A DNA stretch of 64,000 nucleotides from Candidatus Campbellbacteria bacterium RIFOXYC2_FULL_35_25 (GTDB taxonomy: Bacteria > Patescibacteriota > Minisyncoccia > Phycocordibacterales > UBA12079), in contig MFAE01000006.1 in assembly GCA_001774495.1 (NCBI GenBank), positions 5,356-69,355 on the forward strand, read 5' to 3'. Position 1 is the first letter of the stretch. Each line of letters starts with the position of its first letter. The notes under the pieces were generated by a model. That model ran no database searches. It worked only from the letters and a program-made list of their open reading frames with translations, and was not told where the DNA came from. The position numbers were made by a program, and so were the translations under genes. Below, one piece after another: positions 1 through 10,280 of the stretch.

Positions 1-421
1 CCAAAATATCAACTGGAATAATAACATGTAAAAAAACTACCCACCAAAACTCTATATCTTCTGGAACAAATTTTTTATACTTATCTATCTTTTTTTGAGA
101 AACAAATTTAACAAGAACCGGCTTCCCAAAACGACGGGCAATCCAAAAAGCAACGATGGAACCTAAAACCCAACCAACAATAAGATAAACAGTTGTTAGA
201 AATGGCCCAAAGAAAACAGCTACGAAAGGAACTATGGGTAAAACGGTCAGAGGGGCAAAAACAGTAGCTAGGAAAATTAAAAGAATAAAAGCTGAGATAC
301 TAAGCAAAGAATTATCTACGATATAATTCCCTAAGAATTCAATAGGGGCTTGCCAAAACAAAGAAATGGCTATTAGAATAAGAAAAATAAAAAAAATTAT
401 GTAATTATAATAATTTTTCAT
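1..421 (-). CDS. TVP38/TMEM64 (VTT/DedA-like) membrane protein, 3' end outside window
   Basis: Manual translation from ATG at 421 gives a hydrophobic protein with the VTT-type segment ATVFAPLTVLPIVPFVAVFFGPFLTTVYLIVGWVLGSIVAFWIARRFGKP; not in the ORF track because it is truncated. Confidence 0.7.
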   Translation of the reverse strand, partial: MKNYYNYIIFFIFLILIAISLFWQAPIEFLGNYIVDNSLLSISAFILLIFLATVFAPLTVLPIVPFVAVFFGPFLTTVYLIVGWVLGSIVAFWIARRFGKPVLVKFVSQKKIDKYKKFVPEDIEFWWVVFLHVIIPVDIL

Positions 422-428
422 TTTTTAA

Positions 429-1436
429 TTAAGAGACTGGATTTATTATGGTTCCTTTTTTAAAAGCCTCTATATTCTTTATGGTAGTCTTGAAGATTCT
501 TTCAATCGCTTCTTGGGTATTAAAGGCATTGTGAGGTGTAATGATTACTTGGGGGTGGTCAATAAGATACTGATTGGCTAGAACTATTTTCAATTCTTCT
601 GGGTTAGCATGTTCTTCAAACAGCAATGCCGTTTCATCACCCATAGACCCCTCTTCCTCTAGGACGTCTAGTCCAGCTCCAGCAATAGATTCTTTTTTAA
701 GAGCTTCAACCAAGGCCATTGTTTCAATAACTTCACCCCTTGAAGTGTTTATTATGTAAGCACCTTTTTTAATTTTTGAAATATTTTCTAAATTAATCAA
801 GTGATGAGTATGGGGGTTATAAGGAACATGTAAAGAAATGACGTCTGACTTTTCTAACAATTCATCAAAGTCAGCATATTCGAAACCAGCTTTCTTGGCA
901 AAATCTTCATCTCGATGGATATCAAAAACAAGAACATTCATATCAAAACCTTTTGCCATTCTAATCATATGACGACCAATATTTCCTCCTCCAACAACAC
1001 CCATAGTTTTACCCATAAGATCAAAACCTCTCAACCCATCCTGAGAAAATTTACCTTCTTTCAAAACTCTATCATAAGCGGGATAAATCTTCCTAGAGAT
1101 AGCCAACAACAAAGCCATAGCAAATTCTGCTACCGTATTTTCGCCGTAAGTCGGAACGTTCGAAACTTTTATACCCCTTTTTTGTGCTTCTTCTAAATTG
1201 ATATGGTCAAAGCCAGTTGATCGAGCAGCAATAAATTTTAAGTTAGGAAATCTTTCCATTTCTTCTGCTCCTACATGAGAATTAACGAAGATAGATAAAA
1301 TTTCTGCTTCTGCATCCCGATAATCAGAATTTTCTTGGATAGAACCTTTCAAAAAAGTTATATTATTTTCTCCCTCTAAACTTTTTGAAAAAAACTCTCT
1401 TTCCCACTCGTCTTGATAAAAATATAAGATTTTCAT
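429..1436 (-). CDS. D-isomer-specific 2-hydroxyacid dehydrogenase (D-lactate dehydrogenase-like)
   Basis: RSTGFDHI, VSNVPTY, GVVGGGNIG Rossmann motif, INTSRG, GLDVLEEE, ITPHNAF. Confidence 0.9.
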   Translation of the reverse strand: MKILYFYQDEWEREFFSKSLEGENNITFLKGSIQENSDYRDAEAEILSIFVNSHVGAEEMERFPNLKFIAARSTGFDHINLEEAQKRGIKVSNVPTYGENTVAEFAMALLLAISRKIYPAYDRVLKEGKFSQDGLRGFDLMGKTMGVVGGGNIGRHMIRMAKGFDMNVLVFDIHRDEDFAKKAGFEYADFDELLEKSDVISLHVPYNPHTHHLINLENISKIKKGAYIINTSRGEVIETMALVEALKKESIAGAGLDVLEEEGSMGDETALLFEEHANPEELKIVLANQYLIDHPQVIITPHNAFNTQEAIERIFKTTIKNIEAFKKGTIINPVS

Positions 1437-1564
1437 AATTCAAACTTAAATAATTTTATTTTAATAATTTATTCTCCATATTATAGCATTAAAAAAACAA
1501 AAACCGCCCTCTCATTCACTAAGTTGGGGGCAGTTTTTGTACATATTTAAAGGAAAAGTTGTAG

Positions 1565-2803
1565 TTATTTTTCCATTTCCTTCTCTATTTCAAGGAGTCT
1601 CTCATACTTCACCCTTCTGACTTCCTGTGAAGGTGAGCCTGCTTTTAGCCCGTAAGCCCCTACTCCTACAGCAAGATCTGCAATAAAAGTATCCATTGTC
1701 TCGCCAGAACGATGGGAACAAATTATTTTCCAACCAGCTCCTCGAGCCAATTTAACAGCTTTATACACTTCGCTCAATGTTCCAATTTGATTTGGTTTAA
1801 TTATGACGGCATTGGCTCTTTTGTTCCTAGTAGAATCAAGGATTGACTCAGTATTAGTGGTGGTTAAATCATCCCCCACAATTAAAACATCTTCCATGAT
1901 TCCTTTCCTTAAGGCTTTTGCATCCCAATTTTTTACTTCCCTTGTTATATTCTCGAAAGAGGGTAAATCTGATTCATCAAACGGATCCTCAATACTCCCG
2001 ATGGGAAAGTTTTCAACTAAATTTTTATAGATATTTAAGAACTGTCCTGATGAATATTCCTCCCCTAAAACACTGTAGACTCCGTCTTTGTATAATTCGG
2101 AAGCGGCAACATCATTTGCAATAACCATATCACTATCCATTAAATTAGATAACAATTCGAACGGTTCTTCGATGGTTTTCATTTCTGGAGAAAATCCCCC
2201 CTCGTCCCCCATTTCTACTTTGCCATATTTCTCTTTTATCGCTTCTCCTAATTTTTTAAGGAAGACTAGTGATTTTCCGTACGACTCTTTAACAGTTTCT
2301 CCCCCAGAGATAACAATATATTCTTGAAAAGGTAATCTAAACTTAGCGTGTACCCCTCCGTTTAAGACATTCATAAACAAGTTAGGTTGTGAAGGCTCCA
2401 CCCTAACCCCTGAAATTTCATTTATATATTGCCAAAGAGGTTTGTTCTCTAGTTTTGCTTTTAATTTTGTTGTGGCGATGCTTACCCCCAAAATTGCATT
2501 AGCTCCGAGATTAGATTTATTTTCTGTTCCGTCTAATTCCAAAAGTAATTCATCAATATTTAATGGCTCGACATCCAAACCCATAATTGCTGGACCGATT
2601 ATTTCATTTACATTTTTAATTGCGGTTTGGACACCTTTTCCATCCTCATCCCTCTTCTCTAGGGCCTCCCGAGAACCAGCACTGGCTCCAGAAGGAACAG
2701 AGGCACTCATAAACACATCCTCGGAACCAATTTCAACTTCAATAGTTGGGTTGCCTCGTGAGTCTTTTATTTCTTTTGCTTTACAAGATGTTATTTTGTT
2801 CAT
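1565..2803 (-). CDS. eno: Enolase
   Basis: DSRGNPTIE, VPSGAS, GDEGG, EDPF, VGDDL, KPNQIG, SHRSGET. Confidence 0.97.
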   Translation of the reverse strand: MNKITSCKAKEIKDSRGNPTIEVEIGSEDVFMSASVPSGASAGSREALEKRDEDGKGVQTAIKNVNEIIGPAIMGLDVEPLNIDELLLELDGTENKSNLGANAILGVSIATTKLKAKLENKPLWQYINEISGVRVEPSQPNLFMNVLNGGVHAKFRLPFQEYIVISGGETVKESYGKSLVFLKKLGEAIKEKYGKVEMGDEGGFSPEMKTIEEPFELLSNLMDSDMVIANDVAASELYKDGVYSVLGEEYSSGQFLNIYKNLVENFPIGSIEDPFDESDLPSFENITREVKNWDAKALRKGIMEDVLIVGDDLTTTNTESILDSTRNKRANAVIIKPNQIGTLSEVYKAVKLARGAGWKIICSHRSGETMDTFIADLAVGVGAYGLKAGSPSQEVRRVKYERLLEIEKEMEK

Positions 2804-2849
2804 AATTTCTTCAAATTATTCTATTGTTTCTGTATAAAATAATTTAAAA

Positions 2850-5231
2850 TTATTTCCTCTTTCTCTTTGCTTCTTCATTATTAACAGTCATCGTAGTCTT
2901 AATAACTGTGTCAGGAATAAGTGAGATTGAATCAATACCACAATCTACCAAGAACTTTACGAATTCAGGGTAATCGCTTGGAGCCTGCCCACAAATTCCA
3001 ACTTTTGTTTTTGTTTTTTTAGCTTTTTTCACCAATTCTTCCACTAAGATTTTTACAGCTTCATTATTTTCATTAGATAACCCGACTACTTCTAATGTTC
3101 CTGTTGAGTCTCTGTCTATTCCTAGTGTTAATTGAGTTAAATCATTTGAACCGATTGAGAAACCGTCGAAAATCTTAGCAAATTGTTCTGCCAAAATAAT
3201 GTTCGCCGGTATTTCGGCCATAACGTAAACTTCCAAACCATCTTTTCCTCTCACCAAACCATTTTTAGCCATAATTTCTAGAACCTTCTTTCCTTCATCA
3301 ACAGTTCGACAGAAAGGTACCATTACTTTTGTATTAGTTAATCCCATTTCTTTTCTAACCTTCACCAAAGCCTTACATTCCAATTCAAAAGCTGGCAAAA
3401 ACTCTGGAGAATAATAACGAGAAGCCCCTCTGTAACCAATCATCGGGTTTGATTCAACTGGCTCGTATCCGCGACCTCCGATCAAGTTTGCGTATTCATT
3501 GCTCTTAAAATCAGACAATCTCACAATAACCGGCTTAGGGTAGAAAGCAGCAGATATTCTGGCCACACCCTCCGCTAATTTATCAACAAAGAATTCAGCT
3601 TTATTTTTATAACCAATAGTTAATGCCTCTATCTTCTTTTTTGTTTTAGCATCTTGTTTGTTAAAATTGATTAAAGCTAGCGGGTGAGCTTTGATTGTAT
3701 TGTTTATAATAAACTCCAACCGAGCTAAACCAACACCATCATTTGGAATAAATGAATTTGAAAAAGCCATCTCAGGGTCTCCTACATTCATCATTATCTT
3801 AGTCTTTGGTTTTTTTAATGTTCCAATATTTGTTCTGGTTGTTTCATAAGCCAAAAGACCTTCATAAACTTTTCCTGTCTCTCCTTCTGCGCAGTTAACA
3901 GTTACCTTTTGCCCTGATTTTATCTTTTTTGAACCAGTTTCTGTACCAACGATACAAGGAATTCCTAATTCTCTTGAAACAATTGCGGCATGACAAGTTC
4001 TTCCTCCTTTATCTGTAACAATAGCTGAAGCGATTTTCATGATTGGTTCCCAGTCAGGATCAGTCATAGAAGTAACAAGAACTTCTCCTTTCTTAAATTT
4101 CAAAATATCCTTCACGTCCATAATTTTGTTAACCACGCCTGAGCCAATCTTTTGCCCCACACTTTGTCCAGTAATAATTATCTCTCCAGTTTCTTTTAGT
4201 TTAAAATCTTCTATGAAGTTTTTGTCTCTTTGAGATTGTACTGTCTCTGGTCGAGCTTGAACAATGTAAAGCTTCTTATCTTGCCCGTCTAAAGCCCATT
4301 CCATATCCATAGGCCTATTATAGTGTTTTTCAATGATAACAGCCCATTCTGCTAACTTTTTTGCCTGTTCATCGGTAATAGATTGCTTAACTTGGTCGGC
4401 CAAACTAACTTTTATATTTTTAACTGGCTTGCTAGGGTTAGCCGTATAAATCATTTTAATGTCTTTCTTGTTTATAGTACGAGAAATTATAGATTTGGTT
4501 GGTTTAAAATAATAAAACTCATCAGGAGTAACGCTTCCCTGAACCATGTTTTCACCTAATCCATAGATTGAGTTTATTAAAACTGTATTTTCAAAACCTG
4601 ACTCGGTGTCAATTGAAAACATAACACCAGAAGAAGCCAGATCGGCGCGTACCATTTTTTGAACACCAACAGAAAGAGCAATATCAAAGTGATTAAAACC
4701 TTTATCTGTTCTATAAGAAATAGCTCTGTTCGTAAATAATGATGCTACACATTTTTTAACAGCAATCAATAATTCTTTTTCACCTTTAATGTTTAAATAG
4801 GTTTCCTGTTGTCCTGCAAAAGAAGCATCTGGTAAATCTTCGGCTGTTGCGGAAGAACGAACTGCCACATCCACATTTTTTACTTTGTACTGAGAAGACA
4901 ATTTCTCGTAAGCCCCTATTATTTCTTTTTTTAAATGCTCAGGGAATTCAGCTTCTACAATAACCTTTCTTACTTTAGCCCCTCGAGTCATCAAATCCTG
5001 AATATTGTGAGTATTTAAACCTTCGAGAATTTTTTTTATTTCATCCATGGCTCCACTTTCTTTCATAAAATCTCTATATGCGTAAGCGCTAGTGGCAAAA
5101 CCATTAGGAACATTAACACCGCTCTTTGTAAGCTTTTGATACATTTCTCCCAAGGACGCGTTCTTTCCTCCAACAAGCGGAACATCTTTGATTGTTAATT
5201 GTTCAAACCAATATATATTTTTTTGATTCAT
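2850..5231 (-). CDS. ppsA: Phosphoenolpyruvate synthase (pyruvate, water dikinase)
   Basis: VGGKNASLGEM, AVRSSATAEDLPDASFAGQQETYLN, GGRTCHAAIVSRE (phospho-His), FSIGSNDLTQ. Confidence 0.97.
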   Translation of the reverse strand: MNQKNIYWFEQLTIKDVPLVGGKNASLGEMYQKLTKSGVNVPNGFATSAYAYRDFMKESGAMDEIKKILEGLNTHNIQDLMTRGAKVRKVIVEAEFPEHLKKEIIGAYEKLSSQYKVKNVDVAVRSSATAEDLPDASFAGQQETYLNIKGEKELLIAVKKCVASLFTNRAISYRTDKGFNHFDIALSVGVQKMVRADLASSGVMFSIDTESGFENTVLINSIYGLGENMVQGSVTPDEFYYFKPTKSIISRTINKKDIKMIYTANPSKPVKNIKVSLADQVKQSITDEQAKKLAEWAVIIEKHYNRPMDMEWALDGQDKKLYIVQARPETVQSQRDKNFIEDFKLKETGEIIITGQSVGQKIGSGVVNKIMDVKDILKFKKGEVLVTSMTDPDWEPIMKIASAIVTDKGGRTCHAAIVSRELGIPCIVGTETGSKKIKSGQKVTVNCAEGETGKVYEGLLAYETTRTNIGTLKKPKTKIMMNVGDPEMAFSNSFIPNDGVGLARLEFIINNTIKAHPLALINFNKQDAKTKKKIEALTIGYKNKAEFFVDKLAEGVARISAAFYPKPVIVRLSDFKSNEYANLIGGRGYEPVESNPMIGYRGASRYYSPEFLPAFELECKALVKVRKEMGLTNTKVMVPFCRTVDEGKKVLEIMAKNGLVRGKDGLEVYVMAEIPANIILAEQFAKIFDGFSIGSNDLTQLTLGIDRDSTGTLEVVGLSNENNEAVKILVEELVKKAKKTKTKVGICGQAPSDYPEFVKFLVDCGIDSISLIPDTVIKTTMTVNNEEAKRKRK

Positions 5232-5317
5232 ATACTCTTTAAAAATTATTCTTATAAGTCTATCTATTATACACTAAAATTAATTTTAGATTTACACCAA
5301 AAAGGGGAAAATCTGTC

Positions 5318-6625
5318 TTATTCTTCTTCCAAAATTGCTTCTTCAACCCCTTTAATTACTAAATAAAAATCTGCCACGTTTGACCCGGTTCTTTCTGTTT
5401 TTATATGTCCGCCAGACTGTTTAAAAAAATTATAGGCGTCATTGTTATCTAAAAAAAGCAAAGTGTCTAAGCCAATGTCTAGTGACTTATCGTATAAGCC
5501 CATATCCGCAATAGCCCCTGCCACATCACTATTATCCCAACCATCAGAAGCACAAGCAGCAACGACTGTATTATAAGGAATATGAGGCAGTGCTCCCAAA
5601 ACAAACTCTTGGTTCCTCCCCCCTTCTCCCTTTCCCAAAACTTTAACGGTTGTTTCTCCCCCCCAAAGATGACAACTTTTAGGAGAATACCCTACGGAAA
5701 CAAATTTTTGACCTAAGATTCTCGCTTCTCCCTCAAGTTTCGTGTCCTCAATGTATGTGTCATACCCCAATTCTTCAGCTCGCTTCTTCATTTCTTCAAG
5801 AGCTACTTGATTTGACCCTAAAAGAATATTAGTAATATTCTCAAAATATTTACCTTTTTTGGGAGTTTCAATCAAGTCTATTTTTAAATTATCCATTCCA
5901 TATTTTTTCAAAATATTAAGAGCATCCTTTTCTGTTGTTTTATCCATAACAGTTGGACCAGAAGCAATAACACTTAAATCATCCCCAGGAACATCAGACA
6001 AAAGAAAAGAAACAACAGTTGCTGGATAAACTAATTTTGCAAACTGACCTCCTTTTATCATAGAGGTGTGCTTTCTTACTGTATTTAATTCTGTAATGGT
6101 TGCCCCTTTGTTCATCAGCTGGTCTGAGATTTCTTTTTGCTCTTCCCAAGTCATTTTATAAGGCAAGCACATTAAAGAAGATCCTCCTCCCGAGATTAGT
6201 GTTATAACCAAATCATTTTTATCTGCTTGTTTTAATATATCAACAATTGATTTTGTCACAGCAACATTTATTCCTGACGGAAATGGGTGGGTTCCTTCTT
6301 CTGAAATCATATTTTTAAAATCACCTTTTTTCACATCAAGAACAACGCCACTGGTTATTTTATCCCCTAACAAATCTTCAAAAACAATAGCAGAATCCAC
6401 GGCACATTTTCCAATAGCGATAAAATAAATATTCTTATAATTATCAAGACAAATTTTGTGCTCAGCAAAACAAATACTATTATCTTTAATAGAGATCTTT
6501 GAACGGATAAGTCTATCGGTTAAAATTGACTCATAGCCAACTTCTAAAATACTAAGTGCGTCTTCTCTTAATTGTGAAGTTGCTAAATCATCAACGTTTT
6601 TTATTACCGGGATTTTATTTTCCAT
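5318..6625 (-). CDS. Glycerate 2-kinase (DUF4147/MOFRL type)
   Basis: IGKCA, HPFP, LISGGGSSL, SDVPGDDLSVIASGPT, GGETTV, GGRNQE, TGSNVAD; start moved to ATG 6625, 8 nt after a TATACT box. Confidence 0.9.
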   Translation of the reverse strand: MENKIPVIKNVDDLATSQLREDALSILEVGYESILTDRLIRSKISIKDNSICFAEHKICLDNYKNIYFIAIGKCAVDSAIVFEDLLGDKITSGVVLDVKKGDFKNMISEEGTHPFPSGINVAVTKSIVDILKQADKNDLVITLISGGGSSLMCLPYKMTWEEQKEISDQLMNKGATITELNTVRKHTSMIKGGQFAKLVYPATVVSFLLSDVPGDDLSVIASGPTVMDKTTEKDALNILKKYGMDNLKIDLIETPKKGKYFENITNILLGSNQVALEEMKKRAEELGYDTYIEDTKLEGEARILGQKFVSVGYSPKSCHLWGGETTVKVLGKGEGGRNQEFVLGALPHIPYNTVVAACASDGWDNSDVAGAIADMGLYDKSLDIGLDTLLFLDNNDAYNFFKQSGGHIKTERTGSNVADFYLVIKGVEEAILEEE

Positions 6626-6694
6626 ATACACTAAGTATAAATTATAAAGTAACAAGTAGAAAGTAGGTAGCGGATAATTTAAATTATAAAAAAT

Positions 6695-7660
6695 CTATAC
6701 ACTAAAGAAAAATAGATACGCTAAAAAAACCAAATAAAAAGTTGTCATGATGACCGCGTTTTTCTTTGACAAAGTATAATCACTAACAATAAAAATATTG
6801 ACTAATATAGTAGCCAAAAATAAACTAAGCATTATTTCTACTCCTCCAATAGCAACCGTTATCGTTTCACCAAAAAAAACAGTAGCTAGAAATAATGGTA
6901 AACCAAGACCAACAAAAATATTAAATATATTTGAACCAAAAATATGAGACATCGCATCATCATTATCTCCACTCTTTGCATTCAAAGCTACCATAACAGT
7001 ATCAGGGATTGATGTAGCAACGGCAATAACAGAAAAGCCAACTAAAATTGCAGGTATTCCTAATAAAGTAGAAACTATGATTGCATGTTCAGTTAAAAAA
7101 TAGGCAGCGATACCAATTAAAACCATACTTAGGATAGCTATCGTGATTTCTTTAGCAACAGAGAATACATCCATTACCATCCTAGGGTGATGCGTTTGAT
7201 ATTCTTTTGTTTGTTCAACTATTATATTTGTATACCAAATATAAGCAGCAATAAAAATAACGGCGATAGCGATACCCCAATCAGTTGAATATAAAACGGC
7301 CCCCAACAATGCTAATATCGCAATATTATAAAAAATAGCATCTCTCGCCACAACTTCACGACTAACCCGAAAAACAATAGGTGAGAAAAAAACAGCAACA
7401 CTTGGGATAATTAAAATATTAAACAAAACAGAACCCGCAATAATCCCCACACCAAAATCAAACAAATGAAAATAAGTTACAGAAAAAATAGCAATCATTA
7501 ATTCTGGGAAAGAGCCAGCAATAGCATCTAGTGTAGCCCCTTTAACTGCAGGAGAAAGATTAAAATAATAGCCTATCTCTGAAGAAGCTTTAGTAAAACG
7601 ACTTCCAGAAAGATAGATAACGATGCCACTTATTATTATGATTAAAATACTCGTAAACAT
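6695..7660 (-). CDS. Sodium/calcium (CaCA, YrbG-like) antiporter
   Basis: Two alpha repeats (AIAGSFPEL..GSVLFN and AVATSIPD..GSNIFN) and about 10 TM segments; start moved to ATG 7660. Confidence 0.88.
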   Translation of the reverse strand: MFTSILIIIISGIVIYLSGSRFTKASSEIGYYFNLSPAVKGATLDAIAGSFPELMIAIFSVTYFHLFDFGVGIIAGSVLFNILIIPSVAVFFSPIVFRVSREVVARDAIFYNIAILALLGAVLYSTDWGIAIAVIFIAAYIWYTNIIVEQTKEYQTHHPRMVMDVFSVAKEITIAILSMVLIGIAAYFLTEHAIIVSTLLGIPAILVGFSVIAVATSIPDTVMVALNAKSGDNDDAMSHIFGSNIFNIFVGLGLPLFLATVFFGETITVAIGGVEIMLSLFLATILVNIFIVSDYTLSKKNAVIMTTFYLVFLAYLFFFSV

Positions 7661-7672
7661 AAGGATAAGTAT

Positions 7673-7710
7673 AAACCCCCACACCTTTTTTTAAAAGGTG
7701 TGGGGGTAAA
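7673..7710. repeat. CCCCCACACCTTT inverted-repeat element, copy 1
   Basis: AAACCCCCACACCTTTT-TTT-AAAAGGTGTGGGGGTAAA; related copies at 55582-55713 and 62294-62383. Confidence 0.85.
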
Positions 7711-7730
7711 GTAGCTAGTATCGAGAAACA

Positions 7731-7762
7731 AAAAACTGCCCCGCATGACAATGCGGGGCAGT
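7731..7762 (-). terminator. Intrinsic terminator of orphan gene 7780-8349
   Basis: 12-bp stem ACTGCCCCGCAT/ATGCGGGGCAGT followed by a U-tract on the minus strand. Confidence 0.8.
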
Positions 7763-7779
7763 ACATACAAGGGTGCTTG

Positions 7780-8349
7780 CTAAACCTCAGTAGCAATGAT
7801 ATTAGCCGCTTCTTCATCTGGTTTACCAAAAATCTCATCCATGGATTCGATTTCGGTATCTAATTGTTGCAGGATTCTTTCCATACAAGAACAAATTCCT
7901 GGCAAATCATCAATACCTTTCTTCTGGGCTCTGGAAAGACCCCCAATCAAGTTTTTTAAGAAACCCTCTATCTCCACTAAAAGACGAAACCTGAGGGAAC
8001 CATTCCCTGCGACCACGCCAGGTTTTTCATCCCGTAGTAAAGAGATAACCTTGATCACTTTGCCGAGAACCGCTGTTTCTTCGACATGATTAATGGGAAG
8101 ATAAGCACCTACTGTGGCCTTCCCCACCTCTCGGTTAAGAGGGCCTCCTCCCTCTGCATCAAGAATCTTAATAATTTTATTCCACAAACGAGCAACGGAG
8201 ATGTTGAGATTAATCAGGGTGTTCTTGAGATTCGCTTTCCTCGCTCGCAAGACATACTTCCTGAAAATACAGCAGACCGCGAAAAGAACAAGCGGCAAAA
8301 CAACAACGAAAAACCAAAAAACCCCTGGTAACGCCTTGACTGTAACCAT
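7780..8349 (-). CDS. Orphan protein with N-terminal TM helix
   Basis: 189 aa, AAGGAGG Shine-Dalgarno upstream, own terminator, no recognisable motif. Confidence 0.7.
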   Translation of the reverse strand: MVTVKALPGVFWFFVVVLPLVLFAVCCIFRKYVLRARKANLKNTLINLNISVARLWNKIIKILDAEGGGPLNREVGKATVGAYLPINHVEETAVLGKVIKVISLLRDEKPGVVAGNGSLRFRLLVEIEGFLKNLIGGLSRAQKKGIDDLPGICSCMERILQQLDTEIESMDEIFGKPDEEAANIIATEV

Positions 8350-8436
8350 TCTTGAGAACCTCCTTTAGGTAAAAGTAGTGGTTAGAAGACCAAAATTCTA
8401 TGTCGAGGGTATCAAAAAAGACCCAAAAACACAAGC

Positions 8437-8477
8437 AAACCAAAAAGTTGGGTGTCCGACACCCAACTTTTTGGTTT
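8437..8477. repeat. Perfect 20-bp-arm palindrome (REP-like or terminator) after the helicase gene
   Basis: AAACCAAAAAGTTGGGTGTC-C-GACACCCAACTTTTTGGTTT. Confidence 0.7.
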
Positions 8478-8508
8478 TTTAAATTTTCTACCAAATATCC
8501 ACTGCTCA

Positions 8509-10149
8509 CTACCAACTAACAAAAAGTCGAGCTAATCTTATCTCTTCATAACTAAAACCATCCCCCAAAATACTTTTAACTGGAGTGAGTTTCGTGTCGC
8601 CAGATTTTTTAAATGCTTTTTTAATTTTTTTTAATTTATCACTTGGAAAATCTTTCTCCAAATAGTTTAAATCTAACTTTTCATTCCCCTCAAGTAATTT
8701 TTCCAAATGGTTGATAATTGTGTTTTCAGTTAAATCTCTTTCTTTCGCAATATCCTCAATTGAAAGTTTTTTCTCAACTAGTAGTTGCGTTTCATCATAA
8801 GTTGAAAGGGTTATTTCTTTCCCTTTTTTTGCACTTCCTCCCACTGATTCCAAAAATTCTTTTTGCTTTTGTTTTTTTGTTTTCTCCACCATCTTTTGTA
8901 ATTTATCAACCGATTTTTTTGATAACTCCATCAATTCAGTATCCAAATTTAAAACATCTTTGTTTACCTGCAGAGCTATTGTATTCAAGCCCATCAAACG
9001 TAACCCATCAATTGATTTAACTCTTGAAAGAGCCACATACCCCATCCCCTCAACAAAAGACTTTGAAAGATCAATCTCTGCTGCATCCAAACTCATTCCC
9101 TGACTTTTATGCACAGTAATAGCCCACGCCAAACGCAACGGAATTTGTTTTAGCTCTGCTTTTATCTTCCCTTCGTCATCAATAATCCAACTTTCTCGGT
9201 CAACTTCAATTTTTCTTCCATCGTATGTTTTAACAATTGGTAACCCTCTTTCACTAAAATCAGCAACCGTACCCAAAGTTCCATTTACATATTTCTTAAT
9301 CGGGTTATTTTTTATAAACATAACCGCAGCCCCTTTTTTTAGTCTCAATTCCTCCTGAGCAAAACAGCTTTTTTTTAAAGTTTCTACTAATGCTTTTTTG
9401 CCCTTGGTTTCCATTTCAAAAATTCTTGCAGGACCATCTATTCCCTCCAATTCACCTTCATTTATTTTATCAATATCTATATTATGAGTATAAAGCTTGG
9501 TTGGAGTAATGTGACTTTTCAGTTCTTTTCTGTACCTAGTTCTTAGCGGAACCAAAACATTCTCTCCTGCATTATTTTGTCTGATACTATTTAAAATATC
9601 AACCAAAGTGTCACATTTATGCCTAAACTGTTCTTCCAGATAACAAACCTCTAGATTCATGTTTTGCCACACTCCTGATTTATTTATAAAACTAGACTCG
9701 CCTCCGCCTCTAGTAATAGGAGGTAACTGGAAGAAATCGCCCGACAGAATTACCTGCATTCCCCCAAAGGGTAACTCATTTTGTTTGAATCCTCGGCAAA
9801 CTCTATCAATCAAATCAAGACGATAGTGGTGAAGCATTGAAACTTCATCAATAATTAATACTTTGGTATTCTCAAATCTTTTTGCTAAATACTGTTTTTG
9901 CAAAAGTGAATCCATTTCCCATTCATCCAAATCGTCTTTTATTCCGATTCCTGCCCAAGAGTGAATGGTCACGCCGTTCATATGAGTAGCGGCAATCCCA
10001 GTTGAGGCAGTTACCCCGATTCCAACCCCATTTTCTTTTAAAAAATCGATATAAGTATTTAAGAGATGGGTTTTTCCACTTCCGGCTGGCCCTGTTAAAT
10101 AAACATTGCGCCCCATTTTTAAAATTTCCAAAGCCTCAGATTGTTTCAT
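8509..10149 (-). CDS. PIF1-family helicase with C-terminal helix-turn-helix
   Basis: TGPAGSGKT, ASTGIAA, IIDEVSM, GDFFQLPP, PLRLAWAITVHKSQGMSLD, YVALSR; C-terminal SIEDIAKERDLTENTIINHL. Confidence 0.92.
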   Translation of the reverse strand: MKQSEALEILKMGRNVYLTGPAGSGKTHLLNTYIDFLKENGVGIGVTASTGIAATHMNGVTIHSWAGIGIKDDLDEWEMDSLLQKQYLAKRFENTKVLIIDEVSMLHHYRLDLIDRVCRGFKQNELPFGGMQVILSGDFFQLPPITRGGGESSFINKSGVWQNMNLEVCYLEEQFRHKCDTLVDILNSIRQNNAGENVLVPLRTRYRKELKSHITPTKLYTHNIDIDKINEGELEGIDGPARIFEMETKGKKALVETLKKSCFAQEELRLKKGAAVMFIKNNPIKKYVNGTLGTVADFSERGLPIVKTYDGRKIEVDRESWIIDDEGKIKAELKQIPLRLAWAITVHKSQGMSLDAAEIDLSKSFVEGMGYVALSRVKSIDGLRLMGLNTIALQVNKDVLNLDTELMELSKKSVDKLQKMVEKTKKQKQKEFLESVGGSAKKGKEITLSTYDETQLLVEKKLSIEDIAKERDLTENTIINHLEKLLEGNEKLDLNYLEKDFPSDKLKKIKKAFKKSGDTKLTPVKSILGDGFSYEEIRLARLFVSW

Positions 10150-10241
10150 TACATAAGAATAACGAATTATGAATCACGAATCAAGGAAACAAAAAGATTC
10201 TGTACCTTTATAATTTCTATGTTTTGACAAGTAACAAGAAA

Positions 10242-10265
10242 CCCCAGGCAACCAAATGCCTGGGG
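10242..10265 (-). terminator. Hairpin downstream of orphan gene 10281-10538
   Basis: CCCCAGGCA/TGCCTGGGG stem. Confidence 0.6.
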
Positions 10266-10280
10266 GTGTCAAAATAGAAG

